Shown piece after piece: positions 56,506-64,000 of a stretch of DNA of 64,000 nt. Source of the stretch: an uncultured Pontibacter sp. GTDB taxonomy: Bacteria; Bacteroidota; Bacteroidia; Cytophagales; Hymenobacteraceae. How positions within the stretch are numbered: the first letter of the stretch is position 1; each line of letters starts with the position of its first letter. Both the position numbers and the translations under genes were made by a program. Location of the stretch: positions 10,195 to 74,194 of the forward strand of contig NZ_CANLMZ010000013.1 in the NCBI RefSeq assembly GCF_947492645.1, given 5' to 3'. The notes beneath the pieces are model-generated. The model ran no database searches and had not been told where the DNA came from. It saw only the letters and a program-made list of their open reading frames with translations.

Positions 56506-58224
56506 ATGGCCGATAAGAGACCTACCATAGATTTTATTTTCCGCATCACGAACGATGTGCTTTGGAATACCTTTAAGAAGAATGAGATTGGCGATGTGAT
56601 GCTACCCTTTGTGGTGCTGCGCCGCCTGGACTGTATACTGGAGCCGCAGAAGCAGGCGGTACGCGATGCCTACCTGAACTTTAAGGACAAAGTGCAGCCC
56701 GACAAGCTGGGACCGATCTTGGAGCGTGCCGCTGGCGGCCTGAAATACTACAACACGTCGCCTTACGATCTGCGTGCCCTAACACAGGATGCGCAGAACG
56801 TGGAGATCAACTTCCGGGCCTACATCAACGGCTTCAGCCCGAACGTGACCGAGATTATGGAGCACTACCAGCTTGATAAGGTGGTGGCCCGACTGGTGAA
56901 GAATAACCTGCTTTACGAAATGGTAGCGGCCATTGCAAAAGTAGACCTACACACCAGCGCCGTGAGCAACCACGACATGGGCTATGTTTTCGAGGAGCTG
57001 ATCCGTATCTCGAATGAGCAATCTAACCAGACGGCGGGAGAGCACTTTACGCCGCGTGAAGTGATTCGCCTGATGGCCAGCGTAATCTTCAGCACCGAGA
57101 AGGAGGAACTGAAACAGACAGGGGTGATACGCACCATTTACGACCTGGCCTGCGGTACGGGTGGTATGCTCACGCTGAGCAAGCACTATGTGCACGAGCA
57201 CATTAACAAGGATGCTAGCCTGAACATCTTCGGGCAGGAGATAAACGAGCAGTCGTACGCCATTGCCAAGTCGGACCTGTTGATTACGGGCGAGAATCCG
57301 GACAACATACGCCACGGCAACTCGTTCTCGAACGACCGCTTCCCGGACCGCAAGTTTAACTACATGCTGGCTAACCCGCCCTATGGTGTAAGCTGGAAAA
57401 AAGACGAAATCTTTATAAAGCACGAGGCGCTTAACCCGATGGGCCGCTTTAATGCAGGCTTGCCGCGCACGTCGGATGGGCAGTTCCTGTTTATCCAGCA
57501 CATGATTTCGAAGATGGACCCGCAGGGCAGCCGCATAGGTATTGTTACAAACGGTTCGCCGCTGTTTACCGGCGATGCGGGCTCTGGCGAGAGCGAGATC
57601 CGTAAGTGGATCATCTCCAACGACTGGCTGGATGCCATCATTGCGCTGCCGTCCGACATCTTCTACAACACGGGTATTTATACTTATATCTGGGTGGTAA
57701 CGAACAAGAAGCAGCCACACCGCAAAGGCAAAGTGCAGCTGATAAACGCCACTGACCTGTATGTGCCCATGAAGAAGAGCCTGAACTTTAAACGGAAGCG
57801 CATTTCGGATGATCAGATTAAGGAGATTACCCGCCTGTACGAGGCTTTTGAAGAAGGCCCGCAGGTGAAGATCTTTGATAACGAGAGCTTTGGCTACTTC
57901 CAGGTAACGATAGAGCAGCCGGTGCGCAAAAACGGCAAGGTGGTGCTGGATAAAAACGGCGAGCCAAAGGCCGATAGCAAGAAGCGCGACACCGAAAATA
58001 TACCACTCAACGAGAATATAGAGGAGTACTTTGTACGCGAAGTGAAGCCGCATGTGCCGGATGCCTGGATAGACTTCAGCAAGACGCGCATTGGCTACGA
58101 GATAAACTTTACTAAGTACTTCTACCAATACCAGAAGCCGGATGATTCTGCTAAACTGAAAGTTGAGATTCAGAAATTAGAGGAATCTATAGTGGGGCTT
58201 TTAGAAGAGATTTTGAACGACTAA
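56506..58224 (+). CDS. hsdM: type I restriction-modification system, DNA methyltransferase subunit M
   Basis: 572 aa with an HsdM N-terminal helical domain, SAM motif I (IYDLACGTGGML) and catalytic motif IV LANPPYG. Confidence 0.92.
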   Translation: MADKRPTIDFIFRITNDVLWNTFKKNEIGDVMLPFVVLRRLDCILEPQKQAVRDAYLNFKDKVQPDKLGPILERAAGGLKYYNTSPYDLRALTQDAQNVEINFRAYINGFSPNVTEIMEHYQLDKVVARLVKNNLLYEMVAAIAKVDLHTSAVSNHDMGYVFEELIRISNEQSNQTAGEHFTPREVIRLMASVIFSTEKEELKQTGVIRTIYDLACGTGGMLTLSKHYVHEHINKDASLNIFGQEINEQSYAIAKSDLLITGENPDNIRHGNSFSNDRFPDRKFNYMLANPPYGVSWKKDEIFIKHEALNPMGRFNAGLPRTSDGQFLFIQHMISKMDPQGSRIGIVTNGSPLFTGDAGSGESEIRKWIISNDWLDAIIALPSDIFYNTGIYTYIWVVTNKKQPHRKGKVQLINATDLYVPMKKSLNFKRKRISDDQIKEITRLYEAFEEGPQVKIFDNESFGYFQVTIEQPVRKNGKVVLDKNGEPKADSKKRDTENIPLNENIEEYFVREVKPHVPDAWIDFSKTRIGYEINFTKYFYQYQKPDDSAKLKVEIQKLEESIVGLLEEILND

Positions 58225-58230
58225 GAAGGT

Positions 58231-59535
58231 ATGAGCAAACAGTACGAAGAGTATAAAGATTCAGGAATTGAGTGGCTGGGGGAAATTCCATCGCATTGGG
58301 GGATTAGCTTTCTTAAACATACAGCAGATTTTGTTAATGGCGCTGCCTTCAAACCTGAAAGCTGGCAAGATGAAGGAATACCTATTGTTAGGATTCAAAA
58401 CCTGAATGGTAGTCAAGATTTCAATTATGTGGATCCTTCTTTAGAAGTAAATAGAAACTGCTATTTGTCTGGTGGTGAACTTCTATTCTCATGGTCTGGG
58501 AATATTGGAACTTCTTTCGGTCCATTCTTCTGGCAAGAAGAGAGAGAAGCATACTTAAACCAGCACATATTTAAAGTAACTAACTATGAGCTGCATACTC
58601 GCTACTTCTATTGGTTATTAAGAGCTGTTACCAAATACATTGAGTCTAAGACACATGGTATTATTGGTATGGTACACATCACCAAAAAGGAACTTGGTGG
58701 GATACCTATACCTAAAATTAGCTACGAAGAACAAGAAGCAATTGGGGATTATATAGACTATAAAACCGGACAGATTGACAAGCTTATTGCTCAGAAAGAA
58801 GAGTTGATGAAGCTGTTGCAGAAGAAGCGCCAAGCCATCATCAACGAAGCCGTAACGCAAGGCCTTAACCCCGACGCTCCCCGCCGCGATTCAGGTATAC
58901 AATGGCTCGGCGAAATTCCTGCTCATTGGGAGGTGAGTAAGATTAAAAGGATAGCGCAAGTTAAACGCGGTGCTTCACCACGACCAATCGATGACGAGAA
59001 GTACTTTGATGAAGAAGGAGAATATGCTTGGGTTCGAATTTCAGATGTTACTGCAAGCAACAAATACCTTGAGCGTACAGAGGAATCTCTTTCTGAATTA
59101 GGTTCATCATTGAGTATAAAAATGAATCCTGGTGATCTATTTTTAAGCATTGCAGGCTCTGTGGGTAAACCAATTATCACGAATATAAAATGTTGTATTC
59201 ATGACGGTTTCGTTTGGTTTGAAGATTTAGATATTGATAGAGAGTTTTTATACTATATCTTTTTAAGTGGTGAAGCATTCAAGGGACTTGGGAAATTGGG
59301 GACTCAACTTAATTTAAATACAGAGACCGTTGGAAGTATCGATATAGCCATACCACCACAGGATGAAATTAAGGCCATAGTTGAGTATCTTAATAATCAG
59401 ACTTCAAAACTTGACAGTTTATTAGGTGAGCTAAGATCTCAAATACTAAAAATTAAATCCTATCGTCAATCCATTATCAGCGAAGTGGTAACGGGTAAGG
59501 TAGATGTGCGCGATGTAGTGCTGAACGAAGTATAA
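58231..59535 (+). CDS. hsdS: type I restriction-modification system, specificity subunit S
   Basis: 434 aa with two target-recognition halves, each opening with GI(E/Q)WLGEIP(S/A)HW, separated and followed by conserved helical spacers. It starts 7 nt after hsdM. Confidence 0.9.
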   Translation: MSKQYEEYKDSGIEWLGEIPSHWGISFLKHTADFVNGAAFKPESWQDEGIPIVRIQNLNGSQDFNYVDPSLEVNRNCYLSGGELLFSWSGNIGTSFGPFFWQEEREAYLNQHIFKVTNYELHTRYFYWLLRAVTKYIESKTHGIIGMVHITKKELGGIPIPKISYEEQEAIGDYIDYKTGQIDKLIAQKEELMKLLQKKRQAIINEAVTQGLNPDAPRRDSGIQWLGEIPAHWEVSKIKRIAQVKRGASPRPIDDEKYFDEEGEYAWVRISDVTASNKYLERTEESLSELGSSLSIKMNPGDLFLSIAGSVGKPIITNIKCCIHDGFVWFEDLDIDREFLYYIFLSGEAFKGLGKLGTQLNLNTETVGSIDIAIPPQDEIKAIVEYLNNQTSKLDSLLGELRSQILKIKSYRQSIISEVVTGKVDVRDVVLNEV

Positions 59536-59575
59536 ATAAAGGCGATTAAGGAGACTATAAGTAAAATTTTAGCTA

Positions 59576-60817
59576 ATGGTAATTGATAAAACTCTACGCG
59601 CTGATTTTAAAAATTGGCTTGTACAAGAGGCTCAAGTAAATGGAGTAAGCCCTGAACAGAAAAAGAAATCTATCAGCAGTATCGTATCAAATGCTTTGTC
59701 GTTTGATGTGGGATGTCAACAACTATATTACATAAAGAACCAAACTGCAACCACAAACTGGGAAGATACCTTTGCCACTATTTCAAGTACATTTCCTGGC
59801 GTCGTTAAAGGCGATCGTTTCTCAGCTGTTCGGTATTTAAGTTTATCTTGGCATTACCCGCAGGGGCTGCCACAAACAGTTGCAGAAGGGCCTTTCAGAA
59901 AAAATACCAGCAATAAGATAGTTACGCCAAAACCTAAAACAATTAAAACTACTGTTGTTAAGCAAACTATAAGCGCTACTGCTATTGCGTCTGCACCTGT
60001 AAATTTCCAGCCAAGCGTGTATCATTACGATCCAGTTGAAATGCGCAGAGCATTTAAAAGCAGGCTTGGTACGCAAGAACGTGACTATTTACAAGAAGGC
60101 ATCCGCTTTCCTATCAGAATGTTACAGCTTAAAAGTTGTGCGGGATTGGTTCCTACTATGTCAACTTATTTTCAGCATCAGATAGATACAATCGTTTTTC
60201 TTTGTACTGCACATCGTAACCCCGACAATGCAGCATTTTATTCGGCATATGAAGAAGTATTGTTTAAGGACATAACACAAGTGCGAGCAACCGTAAAATC
60301 TGCTGGGCCAGTTTATGAACTGCAACGCCAGGGAGATGCGCATTGGTATACCATTTTGCACCGCACCTACACACGCGCAAACGGAAGTTTCCGTGAAGAT
60401 GGTGTTGTCAATCTCACTGTTCCGGAAGCCAACTTTATGAAGCTACTAGGTAATGGAAAAGACCTAAAGCCGGCACTCTTTGCGAAACTAACATTAGACC
60501 ACAGAGATTCTTTTCACTCCATCTTAAAGAGCTATAAAAACACAAAAGGTAAGGCTATGGATGGTTTGCTTGAAGTTTCATCTATAGTTAAAGATATGGC
60601 TCTAAAGCGCGGAGTTAATATTAGCAAACGTCGCTTTCATAAAGATGAACTCAAAACACAGCGATCCATCTATACACAGTTAGCGCAAGATCTAAATGCG
60701 CAGCCCCGTATAGTTGCTTGTTTAATAGATGAAGTTGAGTTTATCAATTCCCAAAGTCAATTAGAGATCATGGAGTTTTCTATGAACAGTAAAAAAGGGA
60801 AAGATAAATTTGATTAA
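59576..60817 (+). CDS. hypothetical protein inserted between hsdS and hsdR
   Basis: 413-aa ORF on the same strand with short gaps to both neighbours. No recognised motif. Confidence 0.6.
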   Translation: MVIDKTLRADFKNWLVQEAQVNGVSPEQKKKSISSIVSNALSFDVGCQQLYYIKNQTATTNWEDTFATISSTFPGVVKGDRFSAVRYLSLSWHYPQGLPQTVAEGPFRKNTSNKIVTPKPKTIKTTVVKQTISATAIASAPVNFQPSVYHYDPVEMRRAFKSRLGTQERDYLQEGIRFPIRMLQLKSCAGLVPTMSTYFQHQIDTIVFLCTAHRNPDNAAFYSAYEEVLFKDITQVRATVKSAGPVYELQRQGDAHWYTILHRTYTRANGSFREDGVVNLTVPEANFMKLLGNGKDLKPALFAKLTLDHRDSFHSILKSYKNTKGKAMDGLLEVSSIVKDMALKRGVNISKRRFHKDELKTQRSIYTQLAQDLNAQPRIVACLIDEVEFINSQSQLEIMEFSMNSKKGKDKFD

Positions 60818-60872
60818 CCTTTTAGCAGTAAGAGTAGCTTACCAATAAACCGAACAAAGACTAAGATAAACT

Positions 60873-63851
60873 ATGGCAACAGGAACAAAAGAACTACACT
60901 TAGAGGAACACATTGAGCAACACCTGGTAACAAAATATGGCTACCATGAGCTGCACACCAGCCTTTATGATAAAGAACTTTGCCTTGTGCCTGAAGAGGT
61001 TATTGGCTTTTTAGAAGCCACACAACCGAAGCCCCTTAAAGCCCTGCGCGAGCACTACGGGGCACGAGCCGACGAGCGTATAGTTACGAACATCAGTAAG
61101 AACATAACCAAGTTTGGTACCTTGCATGTGCTGCGCGAAGGTGTAAAAGATGCCGGGCAAAAACTACGCCTGACCTACTTTAAGCCCGTGAGTGGCATGA
61201 ACAAAGAGCACCAGGAGCTATACCAGGCTAATTACTTCAGCGTCATCCGCCAGTTGCAGTACTCCAAGTTCAACAGCAACTCGCTGGACCTGGTTATTTT
61301 CCTGAACGGTTTGCCATTGCTTACTTCCGAGCTCAAAAACGCTCTTACCGGCCAATACCTGACCGACGCCATACGCCAGTACCGCGAAGACCGTGATCCT
61401 AAAGAGCCGCTCTTTGCTTATAAGCGCTGCCTGGTGCACTTTGCCGTCAGCACCGAAAAAGTAGCCATGGCTACCAAGTTGGCCGGCCTAAAAACATTCT
61501 TCCTGCCTTTTAATCAGGACGTAGAAAACCCTGTGAACCCTAACGGCTTCAAGACCGAATACCTGTGGGACGACGTTTGGGCACCTGATTCGCTGCTGGA
61601 CCTGGTGCAGAACTTCGTGAATGAGCAGACCGACCAGGAAGTATACTTCAATGAAAAGGAAGGCAAACTGGATATTAAAAAGTCAGAAAAGCTGATCTTT
61701 CCGCGCTATCACCAGCGCAAAGCTGTTTACAAGCTCCTTAATGCCGTAGCGCACGAAGGCGTAGGGCATCGCTACCTGATCAAGCACTCTGCGGGTTCGG
61801 GCAAGTCCAATACCATTTCTTGGCTGGCGCACCGTCTGTCTAACTTCTTCCAGAACCAAACCGACGAAAAATCGCTGTTTGACTCGGTGATTGTGGTAAC
61901 AGATCGCCGCGTACTAAACAAGCAGCTGATTGCTAACATTAAGCAGTTTGAGCAGGTACCGGGCGTTATTGCCGCCATAGACGAGAAACAGCCGGGCGCA
62001 GAACTGAAAAAGGCGATAGAAGAAGGCAGCCGTATCATCATTACCACGCTGCAAAAGTTCCCTGTAATATCCGATACCATTGCTCGTCACCCCGACAGGC
62101 GCTATGCTGTGATCATAGACGAGGCTCATAGCTCACAGTCGGGGGAATCGGCACGCCACCTGCGCAAATCCCTTAGCCTGAACGAAGCTGAGCAGGAAGA
62201 CCAGCAAGAAAAAGAACTGGATGATCTTGTATTAGATGAGATCCAGAGCCGTGGCCGTCAAAACAACGTGTCGTTCTTCGCCTTTACTGCTACGCCAAAA
62301 CCGAAGACAATTGAGCTCTTCGGTACAAAGGTAGATGGTAAGCTAGAGCCGTTTGATGAGTACACCATGCGTCAGGCCATTGCCGAAGGCTTTATTCTGG
62401 ATGTGCTGGGTAACTATACGCCGTTTAAACGCTACTATAAACTAGCCAAACGCAGCAGCTCTGATGACAAGGAGTATGAAACGCGCAAAGCCGTGCGCCT
62501 GCTCACGTCTTACGTAGACCTGCAGGACCACGCCATTGAGTTGAAGTCGCGCATCATGCTGGAGCACTTTGTTAGCAAAACAGCAAACGAAATTAATGGT
62601 CGTGCACGCGCCATGGTCGTTACTCGTTCTAGGCTGCATGCCGTGCGTTACAAGTGCAAGTTCGATGCCCTGATGCAGGAAATGAAGCTGCCTTACAGAG
62701 CCTTGGTAGCTTTCTCTGGAACCGTGCATGATGCTGAAACAGGCATGGATTATACCGAAACCAGTATGAACGACCTGGGTGGCAACATCAGCATACCCGA
62801 TGCGCTTAAGCTGCCGCAAAACCGCATTCTGATTGTGGCTAACAAGTACCAAACTGGCTTTGATGAGCCTTTGCTGCACACGATGTTCGTGGACAAGAAG
62901 TTGGGTGGCGTAAACACGGTACAAACCCTGAGCCGTCTGAACCGCACTACTTCTGGCAAGGGTGGTACGATGGTGCTTGACTTTGTGAATGATCCGGAAG
63001 ACATTCAGGCTGACTTCCAGGACTACTTCGACCTGAACTTTATGGCCGAAGATAACCAGACCGATCCGAACACGCTTTATGATTTGCAGACTGAGATCAG
63101 CTTGCAGGGTGTCGTGACCAGTGTGGAGCTGGAGGCCTATGCAGAAGTGTTCTTCCGTAAAGGTGATAACAAACAGCTGCTGCAACCACTACTGGGTACT
63201 GCCTTGAAGCGCTTTACCGACGAGCTGGAGGAAGATGCTCAGGACAAGTTCCGCGCCGATGCCCGCGACTTTGTGCGCCTCTACAAGTTCCTGAGCCAGA
63301 TCATCACTTTCTCGGATGTGGAGCTGGAGAAGCTTTACGTATTCCTGAACCACCTGCTGAAAGTGTTGCCACTAAAAGGCAGCGACCTGCCGCAGGAAGT
63401 TCTGAATGAGGTGCAGCTGGATAGTTACAAAATTCAGCAGCAGGGCCAGCAAAATATTACTTTAGTGGAAGAGCCGGCTGAGTTGTATGGCCAAACTCGT
63501 AGTGGCGGAGGTAACGGAAGTGATGAGTTACGCGACCTGCTCTCTAACATCATCAAAACCCTAAATGACACCTATGGTCTGGAATTGACTGATGATGACA
63601 AACTAGACTTCGAACAAATACGGAACCGCCTGGAAAGTGACCAGGAGTTACTGGGCATCTTCAACCCCAACAACTCCCGCGAGAACATCAAAGACAAGTT
63701 CAACGATGTGCTGGACCAGGCCCTGCTTGACTTCATAGATACTAAGCTGGACCTGTATAACAAGCTGTCGGAAGACAAGGCAAACGCTACGTTGAAGCGC
63801 CTGTGGTTTAACTCATTGTATGATGCCAGAATTAGAGGGCTAGGCAAATAA
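60873..63851 (+). CDS. hsdR: type I restriction enzyme, endonuclease/helicase subunit R
   Basis: 992 aa with an N-terminal nuclease-type region (DLVIFLNGLPLLTSELK: D...E-x-K), SF2 helicase motif I (HSAGSGKS), motif II DEAH (VIIDEAHSSQ), motif III (FAFTATP) and motif VI (QTLSRLNR). Confidence 0.92.
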   Translation: MATGTKELHLEEHIEQHLVTKYGYHELHTSLYDKELCLVPEEVIGFLEATQPKPLKALREHYGARADERIVTNISKNITKFGTLHVLREGVKDAGQKLRLTYFKPVSGMNKEHQELYQANYFSVIRQLQYSKFNSNSLDLVIFLNGLPLLTSELKNALTGQYLTDAIRQYREDRDPKEPLFAYKRCLVHFAVSTEKVAMATKLAGLKTFFLPFNQDVENPVNPNGFKTEYLWDDVWAPDSLLDLVQNFVNEQTDQEVYFNEKEGKLDIKKSEKLIFPRYHQRKAVYKLLNAVAHEGVGHRYLIKHSAGSGKSNTISWLAHRLSNFFQNQTDEKSLFDSVIVVTDRRVLNKQLIANIKQFEQVPGVIAAIDEKQPGAELKKAIEEGSRIIITTLQKFPVISDTIARHPDRRYAVIIDEAHSSQSGESARHLRKSLSLNEAEQEDQQEKELDDLVLDEIQSRGRQNNVSFFAFTATPKPKTIELFGTKVDGKLEPFDEYTMRQAIAEGFILDVLGNYTPFKRYYKLAKRSSSDDKEYETRKAVRLLTSYVDLQDHAIELKSRIMLEHFVSKTANEINGRARAMVVTRSRLHAVRYKCKFDALMQEMKLPYRALVAFSGTVHDAETGMDYTETSMNDLGGNISIPDALKLPQNRILIVANKYQTGFDEPLLHTMFVDKKLGGVNTVQTLSRLNRTTSGKGGTMVLDFVNDPEDIQADFQDYFDLNFMAEDNQTDPNTLYDLQTEISLQGVVTSVELEAYAEVFFRKGDNKQLLQPLLGTALKRFTDELEEDAQDKFRADARDFVRLYKFLSQIITFSDVELEKLYVFLNHLLKVLPLKGSDLPQEVLNEVQLDSYKIQQQGQQNITLVEEPAELYGQTRSGGGNGSDELRDLLSNIIKTLNDTYGLELTDDDKLDFEQIRNRLESDQELLGIFNPNNSRENIKDKFNDVLDQALLDFIDTKLDLYNKLSEDKANATLKRLWFNSLYDARIRGLGK

Positions 63852-63856
63852 GATTA

Positions 63857-64000
63857 TGAGATTCGAAGTAGATTATTATGAACCCGCCAGCCCCTACTAT
63901 GTGGAGGTGAAAGACAATACGCCCTATCCTTTTCCTTTTATGAAGGCAGAATATTCGGAGGGGTTTATAGAGTACGTCACGTACAAAACCACTATTTATG
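63857..64000 (+). CDS. 5' part of an ORF truncated by the window end
   Basis: The ATG at 63857 is 5 nt after the hsdR stop. The frame stays open for 48 codons (MRFEVDYYEPASPYYVEVKDN...) to the window end. Confidence 0.35.

Noticed and set aside
56947-58128. 393-aa ORF antisense to hsdM. Similar long antisense ORFs occur at 62442..63185 within hsdR, 10439..10903 and 11255..11632 within GH92, 14281..15228 within the second GH92, 17202..17681 within the dioxygenase, and 6210..6776 within the acyl-CoA ligase.
   Set aside because: Each lies entirely inside a gene that has strong family motifs on the opposite strand. Their translations are low-complexity and R/L/V/H-rich, with no recognisable motif. 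This is typical of stop-codon-poor antisense frames in GC-richer coding DNA.
1-64000. Recurrent heptamer TATAGCC/GGCTATA in many intergenic regions (for example about 183, 5587-5670, 18165, 18250, 26637 and 26692).
   Set aside because: I cannot judge enrichment without k-mer counting against the genome background. Apart from the 5639 palindrome, the copies show no consistent spacing or partner motif.

Overview
The window has two parts. Positions 1 to about 19,200 look like ordinary chromosomal backbone of a Bacteroidota-type genome. This inference rests on TAnnTTTG -7 boxes, GH92 mannosidases and lipoprotein signals. The backbone encodes SDR and Gfo/Idh/MocA oxidoreductases, an EEP-family protein, MarC, DUF983 and an acyl-CoA synthetase. 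It also carries a mannoside-utilisation cluster (ROK kinase, two GH92 enzymes, a FucP-like MFS transporter), a Crp/Fnr regulator, a LigB-type dioxygenase and an NmrA-like reductase. After a strong terminator at about 19.33 kb the sequence becomes a compositionally mosaic, mostly AT-rich accessory island that runs to the window end. No tRNA, rRNA, CRISPR array, integrase or transposase is visible. The island contains: (i) two divergent acidic paralogues around a degenerate repeat array; (ii) an envelope operon; (iii) an FtsZ/tubulin paralogue with a DUF protein, an HDAC-family deacetylase and a pentapeptide-repeat protein; (iv) a frameshifted NUDIX gene; (v) several unknown AT-rich genes, including a second copy of the DUF module behind an identical upstream element; (vi) a same-strand block of a PP2C phosphatase, four tandem Hanks kinases, an FHA-FtsK/SpoIIIE-like ATPase and a 95-aa WXG100-like protein, bracketed by paralogous transglutaminase-like genes and cell-wall enzymes; (vii) a 1010-aa NERD-like/TPR protein; and (viii) a WYL regulator, an AAA-ATPase two-gene cassette and a type I R-M operon (hsdM, hsdS, an inserted unknown gene, hsdR), with a duplicated 19-bp promoter-proximal element in front of both the ATPase cassette and hsdM. 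The best candidate for an undescribed system is block (vi), a phospho-regulated, T7SS-like or conflict-type module. Block (iii) is second. All functional calls come from motifs read by eye and no database search was run.
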